Notes: generated by a model not told the origin, from the sequence alone. A stretch of 64,000 bases of DNA from an uncultured Clostridia bacterium (GCA_947584415.1 CANPWN010000001.1:13216-77215), one strand, 5' to 3'. Shown: positions 45,045 through 55,686, counted from the stretch's first letter. Program-made: numbers and translations.

Positions 45045-46351
45045 TTATCCTCCTTTGATTTAACAACAAACTTTAAAGGTGTGCCAGAAAAATCGACTTT
45101 TTCTCTGAACCTATTTTCAAGATATCGCAAATAGGAAAAATTTATGAGTTTGTCATCATTTGTGAAAAGCACAAAGGTTGGTGGAAGAGTTGAAGCCTGG
45201 GTTATATATTTAATTTTTGCCTTCCTGCCGCCCTTTGAAGGTGGTTCAAAATTAACAAGCGCGTCAGAGAGCATTTCATTTAATAGCCCCGTTTTTATCC
45301 TTTTTGAGCCATTTTCATACGCCCTTAAAACATTTGGCATAAGGTCGCCAAGTCTTGTGCCTTTGAGTGCCGAAACAAAAACGGGAAGATAGTAATCCAT
45401 AAACGCCAAATCTTTGTTTAACTTTGCAACAAGTTCCTCTCTGTCCCCTTCAAACATGTCCATTTTGTTTAGGGCAACCACACTCGGCTTGCCTGCTTCA
45501 TGCACATATCCGGCAATTCTAACATCTTGCTCTGTAAGGCGCGTTGTTGCATCAACAACAATAACAACAACATCCGCTTTCTCAATTGCTCGCATTGTCC
45601 TTAAAACCGAGTAGCCTTCAACCGACTGCTGCTCAACACCTCGGCTTCTTCTAAGCCCCGCGGTGTCAACAAGATAATATTTTTTCTTATTGTATCTAAA
45701 AGGCACCATAACGCTGTCACGCGTTGTGCCTTCTTTGTCGCTTACAACAACTCTTTTTTCGCCCAATAATCTGTTTATTATGCTGCTTTTGCCAACATTT
45801 GGCCTTCCGACAATTGCTATCTTTAATGTTTCATCCTCATTTTCGTTTTCATCTTGAGGTGGAAAATGTGCTTTTATTTCATCCAGCACATCACCTATTC
45901 CTTTTGATTGCTCACACGAAAGCGGCAATGGTGTGCCAAGCCCAAGTGCATAAAATTCAAAGGTGTCATTGATGTCAAATCTGTCCAGTTTGTTGACAAC
46001 AAGCACAACTGGGGTTTCCTTTTTTCTCAATTTTTTGGCAAGCATTTCATCTGCAAGTGTAACGCCGCTTTTCCCATCAACAAGCATGACAATAACATCC
46101 GCCATCTCCATGGCTATGTCCGCTTGAAGAGCAATTTCCTTTTGAAAAACATCCTCGCTTTTTGGGTCAAGTCCTCCTGTGTCAATCAGCGTGAACTCCC
46201 TGCCTGCCCACTCAGCGTCAGCATAAATTCTGTCTCTGGTCACGCCAGGGACATCATCAACTATGCTTATTCTTTCACCGCATATTTTGTTGAAAAAAGT
46301 GCTTTTGCCAACATTTGGCCTTCCAACGACTGCGACAATAGGTTTTGCCAT
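45041..46351 (-). CDS. der: Ribosome-associated GTPase Der/EngA
   Basis: Two G domains (GRPNVGKST twice) plus a KH-like C-terminus. Confidence 0.95.
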   Translation of the reverse strand: MAKPIVAVVGRPNVGKSTFFNKICGERISIVDDVPGVTRDRIYADAEWAGREFTLIDTGGLDPKSEDVFQKEIALQADIAMEMADVIVMLVDGKSGVTLADEMLAKKLRKKETPVVLVVNKLDRFDINDTFEFYALGLGTPLPLSCEQSKGIGDVLDEIKAHFPPQDENENEDETLKIAIVGRPNVGKSSIINRLLGEKRVVVSDKEGTTRDSVMVPFRYNKKKYYLVDTAGLRRSRGVEQQSVEGYSVLRTMRAIEKADVVVIVVDATTRLTEQDVRIAGYVHEAGKPSVVALNKMDMFEGDREELVAKLNKDLAFMDYYLPVFVSALKGTRLGDLMPNVLRAYENGSKRIKTGLLNEMLSDALVNFEPPSKGGRKAKIKYITQASTLPPTFVLFTNDDKLINFSYLRYLENRFREKVDFSGTPLKFVVKSKEDK

Positions 46352-46392
46352 AGGAATATAATAACATATTCCCTTTTTAAAAGCAAATTATT

Positions 46393-48462
46393 TTACTTAC
46401 AACCATCACATCCTTTGCATGTGTGATGTTTTTTTATCACGCCTATCAATTTGAAAACTGACAACATGATTATAACAAAACAAATCAAAACTCCCAATGT
46501 TGCAAGCCACCCCCAGCGATTCACAGCACCAAAGAAATTAAACACAAACAGCGCCGTCAAATATGCAACAACAAACTGAATAATAATGCCAATAATGGTC
46601 CACTTTTTCCCCACCTCTTTGCTTAGCACCGCAATTGAGGATATGCACGGGCAATATAAAAGCGAAAAGACAAGAAAACTGAGTGCGGAGGCGGAGGAAG
46701 GAAAATAAACCATGCTGCTCGGGTTTTTTATTGACATACCAACCCCGCCATCACTTAAAAGATTGTTAAACATTGCAATGGATGAAATAATAACCTCCTT
46801 TGCAATAACGCCAGCAACAAGTGCTGCCGCCGCACCAAAACTTCCAAACCCAAGCGGCACAAAGATAGGCGAAAGAATTTTTCCAAAACTTTCAAGCATG
46901 CTCATCTTTCCACTTTCAACCACATACGAGAAATCAAATGAAAAATTTGACAATATCCACACAATAATGTTCATGGTCATTATCAGCGATCCCACCCTAA
47001 TCAAAAACTGCTTGATATTGTCCCAAAGAACTTTCCCCGTTCTTTTTAGCCCCCCAAACCTGTATGGCGGAAACTCCAAAATGAAAGATTGGTCTTTGCT
47101 TTTTAAAACCGTCTTTTCCATGATATAACTTTGAATAAGCGCTATGATAAGTCCAAGCAAATACAAAAACATGATGACAAAAATGTTATTCGCCCCAAAA
47201 AACGCACCGCCAATAACTGCATAAATTGGCAATTTCGCACTGCAACTCATATAAGGCGTGACAAGTGCAGTTTTGATTTTCGAATTTTTATCCTCCATGT
47301 TTCTGGCGGTTAAAATTGCTGTTGTTGAGCAGCCAAACCCCATCAAAAGAGTGTAAATGCTCTTGCCCGACAACCCCATTTTGCCAAATATGTCCTCGCT
47401 GGCAAACGCCACACGGCTCAAGTATCCGCTGTCTTCCAAAATTGAAAGAAAAAGAAATAAAAGTGCAACTTGCGGCAAAAATGACAAAACTGTGTTTGCG
47501 CCACCAATTATTGCCTCACAAAAAAGATGTGTCACCCACGAACTCTCACCAAACAGCGTCAAACAAATTGATTGGGTCCAGCGGCCAAGTGATATGTCCA
47601 AAAGATAAGAAAGTCCGTCTGAAAGCCATTTTCCAAACAGGAAAAATGTTAGATAAAATATAGCGCCAAGCATCAGCAAAAATATGGGAAGAGCAAGAAA
47701 GCGGTTTAAAATTATCTTGTCAAACTTGCTCTTGCCATACACACGCCCTGAAGTTGAAAAGCACTCTTTTTTCAAAAAATCAATGTAATCATATCTTGCA
47801 TTTGCAACTTTTTGAATTGTGTCAAAGGTGTTTTTGTCGGTTTTTAAGCCCTGTTTCGCAAGAATATGCTCGTCACCTTCCAAAATTTTAATAGCGGTGA
47901 ACACATCCTTATTTTCACTGAGCGAAGTGACATAACTTGCAGGGACAGAGGGCGAATAATCCGACAAAATAAGTTTTTTAAGTTTATCAAGTCCATATCC
48001 CTTTCCAGCGTTTATTTCAACAACTGGAATTTTGAGTAACTCTTGCAGTTTGTGATAATCAACTTTGTTTAATGGGCGTTTATCCATGCAATTGACCGCC
48101 AAAATGACATCAGCGCCCGCCTCCATAAGTCCAAGAGTGAGCGAAAGATTGCGGCCAAGATTATTAAGGTCGCAAATGTTGATTATTTTTGTTTTAGGAT
48201 GAGAGAGAATGTAGTCAATTGCGACCTGCTCTTCAAAACTTAGCGCCGACATGGAATAAATGCCCGGTAAATCAACAAGGCTCATTTTTTTGCCAAGACA
48301 ATCAAAAGTTTTTGCTTTTTCTTCAACCGTCACACCATGCCAATTTCCAACATGCTCATTTGCACCTGTGAGCATATTAAAAAGAGTTGTCTTGCCTGTG
48401 TTTGGATTGCCAACAAGCAAAACTTGAGGAAGAGAAAATAGACAAGCGGCTGCCTCTTTCAT
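46393..48462 (-). CDS. feoB: Ferrous iron transporter FeoB
   Basis: N-terminal G domain GNPNTGKTTLFN plus a polytopic membrane domain, and a Cys-rich C-terminus HHTCKGCDGCK. Confidence 0.93.
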   Translation of the reverse strand: MKEAAACLFSLPQVLLVGNPNTGKTTLFNMLTGANEHVGNWHGVTVEEKAKTFDCLGKKMSLVDLPGIYSMSALSFEEQVAIDYILSHPKTKIINICDLNNLGRNLSLTLGLMEAGADVILAVNCMDKRPLNKVDYHKLQELLKIPVVEINAGKGYGLDKLKKLILSDYSPSVPASYVTSLSENKDVFTAIKILEGDEHILAKQGLKTDKNTFDTIQKVANARYDYIDFLKKECFSTSGRVYGKSKFDKIILNRFLALPIFLLMLGAIFYLTFFLFGKWLSDGLSYLLDISLGRWTQSICLTLFGESSWVTHLFCEAIIGGANTVLSFLPQVALLFLFLSILEDSGYLSRVAFASEDIFGKMGLSGKSIYTLLMGFGCSTTAILTARNMEDKNSKIKTALVTPYMSCSAKLPIYAVIGGAFFGANNIFVIMFLYLLGLIIALIQSYIMEKTVLKSKDQSFILEFPPYRFGGLKRTGKVLWDNIKQFLIRVGSLIMTMNIIVWILSNFSFDFSYVVESGKMSMLESFGKILSPIFVPLGFGSFGAAAALVAGVIAKEVIISSIAMFNNLLSDGGVGMSIKNPSSMVYFPSSASALSFLVFSLLYCPCISSIAVLSKEVGKKWTIIGIIIQFVVAYLTALFVFNFFGAVNRWGWLATLGVLICFVIIMLSVFKLIGVIKKHHTCKGCDGCK

Positions 48463-48686
48463 GAGATTAAAACTCCCGCTGCCACAGAGGACTGCAAAGA
48501 TAAAAGATAACCTCTCACCTCAATCAAAAGCGCTTTTTTTAATAACGAGCAATTCAAAAGGCGCACTTGTTGTCCTTTTGTGAGTCCCAAGTCGTTTAAG
48601 CGTCTCAAAATTTTTAAAGGTAAAAAAGTTTCGTAGCCACAGATTTTGTAAGTTTTGCCTTTTTTTGCTTGCGACAAATTTTGCAT
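48459..48686 (-). CDS. feoA: FeoA family protein
   Basis: 75 aa with an SH3-like pattern (L..LGL..G..V), overlapping the feoB start. Confidence 0.85.
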   Translation of the reverse strand: MQNLSQAKKGKTYKICGYETFLPLKILRRLNDLGLTKGQQVRLLNCSLLKKALLIEVRGYLLSLQSSVAAGVLIS

Positions 48687-48778
48687 AGATTATTTTATTT
48701 AGTAAGTTCGCATTTTAAAACCTAAAAACATTTGTTTTTTTAATCAATATATGGTATAGTTGTTTTAAGGAGATTACT

Positions 48779-49222
48779 ATGAAATGTATTTATTGTGGAT
48801 GTGAAGAGTCAAAAGTTTTGGACTCAAGAAGCACAGATGAAACAAATTCAATTCGCCGCCGCCGTGAGTGTTTGGGTTGTGGCAAAAGATTCACCACCTA
48901 CGAGACAATTGAAATGACGCCAATTTTGGTCATAAAATCTGACGGCAGCCGCCAAGCGTTTGACATAAACAAAATCAAAAATGGCATGATAAAAGCCTGT
49001 GAAAAGCGTCCAGTAAGTCTTGAACAAATTGACTTAGTTGCAACGGATATTGAAAAGACGCTGCAAAACAATTTCCTCCAAGAAGTGCCATCTTCAAAAC
49101 TTGGTGAAATGGTCATGGAGGCACTCAAAAAACTCGACGAAGTCGCATATGTCCGCTTTGCATCTGTCTATCGTCAATTTAAGGACATCGACTCCTTCAA
49201 AAAACTTTTGCAAGAACTATGA
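48779..49222 (+). CDS. nrdR: Transcriptional repressor NrdR
   Basis: [15 protein letters not shown]...[16 protein letters not shown] zinc ribbon plus an ATP-cone. Confidence 0.95.
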   Translation: MKCIYCGCEESKVLDSRSTDETNSIRRRRECLGCGKRFTTYETIEMTPILVIKSDGSRQAFDINKIKNGMIKACEKRPVSLEQIDLVATDIEKTLQNNFLQEVPSSKLGEMVMEALKKLDEVAYVRFASVYRQFKDIDSFKKLLQEL

Positions 49223-49223
49223 A

Positions 49224-49250
49224 AAAAAACTGCCAAACGGCAGTTTTTTG
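49224..49250. terminator. Bidirectional terminator
   Basis: aaaaaaactgccaaacggcagtttttt. Nearly identical to the terminator at 3276-3300. Confidence 0.8.
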
Positions 49251-49361
49251 TTAAATATTTTTTAATTTACGCTTTCTTTCAATTTCTTTAAAATCATTGT
49301 AAGCAATTTCAATTTGGATGTTTGCAAGTTCTGTAAACTGTTCTTTATTTTTTGCTTTCAT
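49251..49361 (-). CDS. 36-aa sORF translationally coupled (ATGA) to the 317-aa gene
   Basis: Its ATG (49361-49359) overlaps the TGA stop (49360-49358) of the upstream gene. Peptide: MKAKNKEQFTELANIQIEIAYNDFKEIERKRKLKNI. It ends at the terminator. Confidence 0.5.
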   Translation of the reverse strand: MKAKNKEQFTELANIQIEIAYNDFKEIERKRKLKNI

Positions 49362-50311
49362 TTCTCGTCACCGCCAAAGTTTAAGGCATCAATGGTGGCA
49401 TTTGCTGCGTCATAGGCATCTTTTGTTCCTTCTGCATGTCTTTGCAAATAAGCTTTATGCTCTGCTTCCAAATCTTGAGTGAATTTTTGAATTTCTTCAG
49501 CACTTCCATCTGATTGTTTAATTTCATCCAAAATTGCTTTAAGTGCTTGTTTCCCCTCTTCCGGAGTTAACTTACCAGCCTCAATTTGCTGATAAACTTC
49601 TTTGGCTGAACTTGGTCTTTCTTTTTTAACTTCCAACGAAGTCCAATTTTCATAATTATCTTCTTTTGAAAGCAACCCTTCTTGAAGAAGAGCAAGTTCT
49701 TCTTCATCACAATGCTCAAGCGCAACAGCTTCGCATTGCTCTTGCAAATCTGTTGCTTCTGCATAATCATTAGGTTTGTCTTCTCTTCCGAATGGAACTG
49801 AGCAAGCCACTATTTCAGTACTTATCAAATCCATTGTTTTTTCATTGCCGTTTTCGCATTCATTTTTGTTAAGCCAAAGATATTGTATTCCGCCCACTGT
49901 GACAACTGTGCCTGTGGATGTCTTTCTTTCAGTTTTTGAATTTTTATCGTTCCCAATTTGTGCCGTTCTTGTTTGGGATTTTTCCGTCTTCACAATTTTG
50001 GATTGTGGATTATAGATTGGGTGCAAAGCGACACGCAATCCAGCATCATCGGCTTCACTAACGTCACAGTACAAACTTCCATCATCGAGAATAGAGCGCA
50101 CTGCGTTAGACGAGTCCGGCATCGCGGACGTTGTAAAGCAGTAACCGGTGCCATATGTTTTATTGTAAAATCCCGCTCCTTCTTGTAATGCTCTATCTGA
50201 CAATGGAGCAGACTTGAAAGCATCCAAGCCCTTTTCTTCCATCCTTTTATATTGACCAACTGTTATTGGATGTGCATAACATATCACTCCATCTTTTGTT
50301 ACTCTTGCCAT
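49358..50311 (-). CDS. 317-aa cytosolic protein with a permuted DUF6273-like N-domain and an acidic helical tail (paralog of 40682-42610)
   Basis: RBS GGGAGG. No signal peptide. Shares motifs with the 642-aa protein. Confidence 0.75.
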   Translation of the reverse strand: MARVTKDGVICYAHPITVGQYKRMEEKGLDAFKSAPLSDRALQEGAGFYNKTYGTGYCFTTSAMPDSSNAVRSILDDGSLYCDVSEADDAGLRVALHPIYNPQSKIVKTEKSQTRTAQIGNDKNSKTERKTSTGTVVTVGGIQYLWLNKNECENGNEKTMDLISTEIVACSVPFGREDKPNDYAEATDLQEQCEAVALEHCDEEELALLQEGLLSKEDNYENWTSLEVKKERPSSAKEVYQQIEAGKLTPEEGKQALKAILDEIKQSDGSAEEIQKFTQDLEAEHKAYLQRHAEGTKDAYDAANATIDALNFGGDEK

Positions 50312-50344
50312 AATCTTTCCTCCCTTGGCTTATTTTACATGAAT

Positions 50345-50373
50345 ATTATAACATATTTCCCGTTTTTTGTCAA
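50345..50373 (-). promoter_or_regulatory. Perfect consensus sigma-A promoter of the 317-aa gene
   Basis: TTGACA-17 nt-TATAAT on the minus strand. Confidence 0.75.
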
Positions 50374-50440
50374 TACTAACATTTAATATCTTGAAAATCA
50401 CAATTAAGCGTTTATGTTGAGGAAAAGAATGGCAATTTTT

Positions 50441-50731
50441 TTAATTTTTTACATTTGAGTTTGAGAGGATATATGGGTTGCCGGTTGGCTGGCCACCATA
50501 AATTTGCACAAGAATTGTGTCCTCGCCCACTTTGACAATTTGATTGAGCGGAATAAAAAATTCGGCACCGCTTTTAAAAACATTCCAAAAACTTTTTTCT
50601 CCTGGCACTATAATTCCAGTCACACAACCTGTGGCAAGATTAAAAGCCACATCAATGATGTGCCCCAATCTTTTCCCATCAACAATGTTGACAACCTCTT
50701 TGCACCTTAACTCTAAAAACGAAGTTTCCAT
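50441..50731 (-). CDS. YlmC/YmxH-family sporulation protein (PRC-barrel)
   Basis: ELRCKEVVNIVDGKRLGHIIDVAFNLATGCVTGIIVPG is typical of the YlmC/YmxH family. It lies downstream of sigG as in other Firmicutes. Confidence 0.85.
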   Translation of the reverse strand: METSFLELRCKEVVNIVDGKRLGHIIDVAFNLATGCVTGIIVPGEKSFWNVFKSGAEFFIPLNQIVKVGEDTILVQIYGGQPTGNPYILSNSNVKN

Positions 50732-50788
50732 TTGTTGTAAAGTTATGAAAGTGCACCTTTTCTTATGACAAAATTCGACTTTGTTTTT

Positions 50789-51562
50789 TTATTCCATCTT
50801 TTCTTTGATGAATTTTAAAGCGTTTTTTTCAAGGCGACTTACTTGTGCCTGTGAAATGCCAACCTCCTCGCTGACCTCCATTTGTGTTTTGCCGACATAA
50901 TATCTCAAAAGAAGAATCTGTCTTTCACGCGGCGAAAGTTTTTTTATTGCGTCCTTTATGGCAATCTTTTCATACAAACTTTCATCACTGTCCTTAAGGT
51001 CTGTGATTTGGTCTTTTAGTTCAATGGTGTCACTTCCGTCAGAATAAATTGGCTCTGAGAGTGAAACCGTCTCGCTAATGGCGTCAAGTGCAAAATTGAT
51101 TGTTTTGGCTGGCAAGTTCAAATATTTTGCAATATCTTCAACTGTTGGCTCACAGGGTTGAACTTTGCTTAGTTCTTCTTTTGCTTGCAAAGACTTGTAA
51201 GCAATGTCACGAAGCGACCTTGAAACACGCACTGAATTGTTGTCCCTCAAAAACCTTCTTATTTCGCCGACAATCATTGGAACTGCATAAGTTGAAAAGC
51301 GAACATTTAAACTTTCATCAAAATTGTCAATCGCTTTCATAAGCCCCACGCAACCAACTTGAAACATGTCATCCGCTTTGTCACTTCTCCCACCAAAGCG
51401 TTGAACAACACTTAAAACAAGCCTGAGATTTGCAACCACAAAAGCCTCTCTTGCCATCTCATCACCACTCTTAACTTTTTTCATGAGCGCCATGATATCA
51501 TCATTACTTAATTTTGGCAGGCTTGAAGTGTTAACTCCAGCAATCACAACCTTATTTGCCAT
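50789..51562 (-). CDS. sigG: Sporulation sigma factor SigG
   Basis: The NKVVIAGVNTSSLPKL N-terminus is typical of SigG. Regions 2-4 are conserved. sigE-sigG synteny. Confidence 0.9.
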   Translation of the reverse strand: MANKVVIAGVNTSSLPKLSNDDIMALMKKVKSGDEMAREAFVVANLRLVLSVVQRFGGRSDKADDMFQVGCVGLMKAIDNFDESLNVRFSTYAVPMIVGEIRRFLRDNNSVRVSRSLRDIAYKSLQAKEELSKVQPCEPTVEDIAKYLNLPAKTINFALDAISETVSLSEPIYSDGSDTIELKDQITDLKDSDESLYEKIAIKDAIKKLSPRERQILLLRYYVGKTQMEVSEEVGISQAQVSRLEKNALKFIKEKME

Positions 51563-51581
51563 ATCCCCTCCTATGACATAT

Positions 51582-51611
51582 TACTTTCCCCTTTCGGGCA
51601 AGTTTTTATGC
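51582..51611 (-). promoter_or_regulatory. Sigma-F-type forespore promoter upstream of sigG
   Basis: Minus strand GCATA-15 nt-GGGGAAAGTA versus my recollection of the SigF consensus GYATA-N15-GGnnAnAnTA. Confidence 0.5.
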
Positions 51612-51628
51612 TTTTGAGGTGTTTTTTG

Positions 51629-51656
51629 ACAAAAAAAGTGGTTTTTTGCCACTTTT
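51629..51656 (-). terminator. Terminator after sigE
   Basis: Stem agtgg/ccact with a T-run on the minus strand. Confidence 0.65.
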
Positions 51657-52382
51657 TTACAATATTTTTGCCAATTCTTTTTTCATCTTGCCTAAAATCT
51701 TTTTTTCAATTCGCGAGATGTAACTTTGGCTTATGCCCAATCTGTCGGCAACCTCCTTTTGCGTCAATTCCTCTTCACCTTCAAGACCGAAACGCAAAAT
51801 CATAATCTCTTGCTCTCGCTTTTCAAGTCTGTTTAAAATCTGCCAAATGGCATCACGCTCAGCAGAGTGTTCAAGCCCACTGCTAAGTTCATCTGCATCA
51901 GTTGCAATAATGTCTGCAAGCACAAGTTCGTTGCCCTCGCCATCATCACAGAGTGGCTTTTCCAAACTAACTTCACTTTTAAGGCGCGACATTTTTCTCA
52001 GTTGCATCAAAAGTTCATTTTCAATGCATCTTGTCGCATAAGTTGCAAGTTTGATGTTTTTGTCACCTTTAAAGGTTTTGACGGCTTTGATAAGCCCAAC
52101 TGAGCCAATGGAAATCAAATCTTCAAAATCAATGCCAGTGCTTTCAAACTTTTTTGCAATGTAAACGACAAGCCTAAGATTGTGCTCAATAAGTTTTTCA
52201 CGGGCAAACTCGCTGCCATTTGCGGCCTCACAGACAAGCATCCTTTCTTCTTCCGGGTCAAGAGGAAGAGGAAGTGCATCATTGCCACAGATATAACAGA
52301 CAATGCCATCTGCGCTGAAAAGTTCTTTCTTTGAAAATATCTTCCAAATAAGGCTTTTGATATAAAACAAAATTCTGCTCAT
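51657..52382 (-). CDS. sigE: Sporulation sigma factor SigE (pro-sigma-E)
   Basis: Pro-sequence MSRILFYIKSLIWKIF.. then YICGNDALPLPLDPEEE. GAGGTG RBS before the ATG at 52382. Confidence 0.9.
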   Translation of the reverse strand: MSRILFYIKSLIWKIFSKKELFSADGIVCYICGNDALPLPLDPEEERMLVCEAANGSEFAREKLIEHNLRLVVYIAKKFESTGIDFEDLISIGSVGLIKAVKTFKGDKNIKLATYATRCIENELLMQLRKMSRLKSEVSLEKPLCDDGEGNELVLADIIATDADELSSGLEHSAERDAIWQILNRLEKREQEIMILRFGLEGEEELTQKEVADRLGISQSYISRIEKKILGKMKKELAKIL

Positions 52383-52392
52383 GACAACACCT

Positions 52393-53199
52393 CTATGCAA
52401 GTTCGCCATGAATAAGAACGCCCGAATTTAACGCTTTGGAAAAATCAGCCATGCTCAGTCCCAACAACTGCTTGCTGTATGTCCTTGGTCTGCCCTTTTC
52501 TGTGATGGTCATCCTGTCCGCCTGAAAAACAATCATCCTGCCTTTTGAAACAGCCGAACCAACATTTATCAAATGTCCGCATGGAAGTTCTTTGATTTTT
52601 TCTTTTTTAAGCAAATAATAAAGGCAGTCTTCCCCCGTCACCTTTTCAAAAACTTCCTTTGAAATAAGCACAATAGGAGAAGAAGTTATTGGGTCATAAA
52701 GCATGTTGGCACTGTCAATATAGCCAATTTCTTCTGTCACTCTGCCTTTGCACTCAATTTGAACAGAACATGTGAAATTGTTAAGTGCCCGCTTTTTGTT
52801 CAAATGCTTTAAAAAAGCCTTTATCAGCATGAAAACAACAAAACTTATTATGCAGATAATAAATTCACTGAGCGGGCCAAACCATGACCTTATCATGTAA
52901 TTTGCACCGCCAAACACAAAAGTCAAAAACAAAAAGCCAAAAGCGTGAAAACAAAACTGCTTAAAACTGTTGATTGGAAAAGAAATGCAAACCATGATAA
53001 TTCCCGTCAAAATCGTGGCAAGAATATGAACATAGAGTGGGAAAAAGAACAAAGGAAACAAAAGCGACATGATAGCACCAAAGATGCTGCTGAAAAGACA
53101 AAACTTTGGCTTTATTTTAAACAGACTTCCTGTGCAAGAAAAAATGAGATAATTGATAATAAGGTTTTCAAAAAAGACATATTCAATAACAATTTCCAT
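52393..53199 (-). CDS. spoIIGA: Sigma-E processing peptidase SpoIIGA
   Basis: Polytopic N-terminal domain, a C-terminal aspartic protease region (DSANMLYDPITSSPV-like) and synteny with sigE. Confidence 0.88.
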   Translation of the reverse strand: MEIVIEYVFFENLIINYLIFSCTGSLFKIKPKFCLFSSIFGAIMSLLFPLFFFPLYVHILATILTGIIMVCISFPINSFKQFCFHAFGFLFLTFVFGGANYMIRSWFGPLSEFIICIISFVVFMLIKAFLKHLNKKRALNNFTCSVQIECKGRVTEEIGYIDSANMLYDPITSSPIVLISKEVFEKVTGEDCLYYLLKKEKIKELPCGHLINVGSAVSKGRMIVFQADRMTITEKGRPRTYSKQLLGLSMADFSKALNSGVLIHGELA

Positions 53200-53292
53200 A
53201 TTTACCTCTTGAGGCAATTTTAAAACTTTTTAAACTTGTTCTCAGAGTAAAATTTTGCCTAATGTTGTTATTAAATCACTTTTTTTGACAAT

Positions 53293-53320
53293 AAAAAACC
53301 TCACTTGGAAGTGAGGGTTT
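53293..53320 (-). terminator. Terminator after ftsZ
   Basis: Stem cctcac/gtgagg with a T-run on the minus strand. Confidence 0.7.
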
Positions 53321-53328
53321 TAGATTTT

Positions 53329-54498
53329 TTATTTTTTCTTGCTTCTAAGTTGTCTTAGCCATGCAGGAATTGATGTGTCAACCCCTAACCAAGAGGTGTC
53401 ATTTTCTTCCTTTCTTACATTTACATCAGGCTTTTGCTGTTCTTGTGGCTGTGCTTTGAGTGATGCAAGTCCACGAACCTGCTCTTTTTCAGCAAAGTCT
53501 GGGTTAAAATCACGCGCCTCATTTGCTTCTGGCTGTTTTTGTGCCGCTTTTTCAGCCTCTGTTGGGAAACCTGTTGCAATGAGTGTCACTTCAATTTCAT
53601 CATGCATATCCTCGTCAAAACTTGTTCCGAAAATAAGCAAGCAGTCTGGGTCAACAACTTCATGTATCAAAGTTGAAACTTCATTAAGGTCATCTTGTGT
53701 CAAATCAGAGCCGCCCTTCACATTGAGCAAGAGTGCTTTCGCGCCCTCAATTGTTGTTTCAATAAGTGGGCTGGCAACAGCCTGTTTAACAGACTCAAGA
53801 GCCTTGTTTTCACCTTTGCCATGACCAATGCCCATATGTGCAAGTCCTTTGTTTTGCATAACTGTTTTCACATCAGCAAAGTCAAGGTTGATAACGCCTG
53901 GTTTTGTAATCAAGTCTGAAATTCCTTGTATGCCTTGACGAAGAACATCATCAGCATATCTAAATGCTTCCAAAATTGGAGTTTTCTTTGGAACAATTTG
54001 GAAAAGCCTTTCATTTGGAATAATGACCATTGTGTCAACATATTTTTTAAGTTCGTTAATGCCTTTTTCAGCATTGTCTGCTCTAACCCTGCTTTCAAAA
54101 GCAAAAGGTTTTGTCACAACTGCAATTGTCAATATGCCCATCTCTTTTGCAATTTGAGCAACAACAGGTGCTGCACCTGTTCCTGTTCCTCCGCCCATGC
54201 CTGCTGTGATGAACACAAGATGTGAGCCTTGAAGCATCTCTGTGATGGATGCTTTGCTCTCTTCAGCGGATTTTTGTCCAACTTCAGGTATTCCGCCTGC
54301 ACCAAGTCCGCCAGTCAATCTTTCACCAATTTGAAGTCTGACAGGTGCTTTGCTTATGACAAGCGCTTGTTTGTCAGTGTTGACTGCCACAAATTCAGCA
54401 GAGTCAACGCCAGCCTCAATCATCCTGTTAACAGCGTTGTTTCCGCCGCCGCCAACTCCGACAACTTTGATTTTTGCAATTGAAGTGTTGTTTTCCAT
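53329..54498 (-). CDS. ftsZ: Cell division protein FtsZ
   Basis: [10 protein letters not shown] tubulin signature; 389 aa. Confidence 0.97.
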   Translation of the reverse strand: MENNTSIAKIKVVGVGGGGNNAVNRMIEAGVDSAEFVAVNTDKQALVISKAPVRLQIGERLTGGLGAGGIPEVGQKSAEESKASITEMLQGSHLVFITAGMGGGTGTGAAPVVAQIAKEMGILTIAVVTKPFAFESRVRADNAEKGINELKKYVDTMVIIPNERLFQIVPKKTPILEAFRYADDVLRQGIQGISDLITKPGVINLDFADVKTVMQNKGLAHMGIGHGKGENKALESVKQAVASPLIETTIEGAKALLLNVKGGSDLTQDDLNEVSTLIHEVVDPDCLLIFGTSFDEDMHDEIEVTLIATGFPTEAEKAAQKQPEANEARDFNPDFAEKEQVRGLASLKAQPQEQQKPDVNVRKEENDTSWLGVDTSIPAWLRQLRSKKK

Positions 54499-54570
54499 AG
54501 AAATCTCCTTAATTTATTTTGATTATATCTGTTTTTTGTCAATTATGCAAGCAATTTAGCGTTCTTTTGG

Positions 54571-55686
54571 CTAATTTTTAAGTGCATATTCGCTTATGGC
54601 ATATATAACTCCGTCCTCAGGCTTGTCCTTCCCTGGAAGAGATGATTTACCATAAACAATGTTTCTTGACAGGCATTTTGAAAGAAAATCTTTGCCTCCT
54701 TTTATTTTTGTTGCCCCCGCCCCAGTCAAGTAAACCGGAACATAATTTGAAAGCGTCAGGCCTTGCATAATCAAGCATTGATTTATTGCAGTGGCTATTG
54801 TTTCAAGCCTGTAAGACACAACTTTGTTGGCATCTTCTTCTGGGATGCGTTCAATTTTTCCTTCCTTTGTGAGAAGGTCATAATAATCAAGTGGTCCTGG
54901 TTCAACAGATATGACAACCTGCCTTTTTAATTTTTCAGCATCTTCAAAGTCAAGGTCAAAGGCTTCGCAAAGGTCATTTGTGATGTGCCCGCCGCCCAAC
55001 GAAAAGGACATCATTGCCAAAATCCCATCATTTTTCAAATATGTCACGCTTGTTGACAAATGCCCTATATCAATCAAAACCGCACCCTCTTTGCGCTCTT
55101 CCTCTGGAATTAAGACTTGTGCCTGACACAAGGTTTCACTGAAATATTCAACACAGCCAAATCCAAGGTCGGCACAAATTTTGTTTAACTTTTCAATCAA
55201 ACTCTTGTCACAAAGGATAACCGAAAATTCTCCAAACAGGTTTCTTCCCTTTTTTCCAACTGGGTCGCCCAAATCATTGTCATCAACCAAATATCTTATT
55301 GCCGTGGCACTGACAATTTCGCTTTCGTCAGCCTTGGCTTTAACAATTGCCGCATAACGCAAATCTTCAATGTTTTTCTCTGAAACCTTTGCAGCACCAT
55401 CAATGTCAACTGACACCGAAACATTGACAACCTTTGTCATTTCGGCAGGAAGGGCTATGTAAAGTTTTTTGTCATACTTTTTCTTCTTGTAATCAATCTG
55501 TTTTAATAGTTCATACATGCTTGAGCCAAGTCTTTTAGGCTCAACAAATTCACTTTGAAAATATCCATCATATTCCACTTGCGCAAGTTCTTTGACAAAC
55601 AAAGTGTTGTTAACCCCATTTTGAGCGACAATCACTCTCAGTTTTGAAGAACCAATCTCTAAACATACAACTTGTTTTTTGAACAT
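54571..55686 (-). CDS. ftsA: Cell division protein FtsA
   Basis: Actin-like ATPase fold motifs (LEIGSSKLRV, IDIGHLST). Lies upstream of ftsZ. GAAGGTGG RBS before the ATG at 55686. Confidence 0.9.
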   Translation of the reverse strand: MFKKQVVCLEIGSSKLRVIVAQNGVNNTLFVKELAQVEYDGYFQSEFVEPKRLGSSMYELLKQIDYKKKKYDKKLYIALPAEMTKVVNVSVSVDIDGAAKVSEKNIEDLRYAAIVKAKADESEIVSATAIRYLVDDNDLGDPVGKKGRNLFGEFSVILCDKSLIEKLNKICADLGFGCVEYFSETLCQAQVLIPEEERKEGAVLIDIGHLSTSVTYLKNDGILAMMSFSLGGGHITNDLCEAFDLDFEDAEKLKRQVVISVEPGPLDYYDLLTKEGKIERIPEEDANKVVSYRLETIATAINQCLIMQGLTLSNYVPVYLTGAGATKIKGGKDFLSKCLSRNIVYGKSSLPGKDKPEDGVIYAISEYALKN

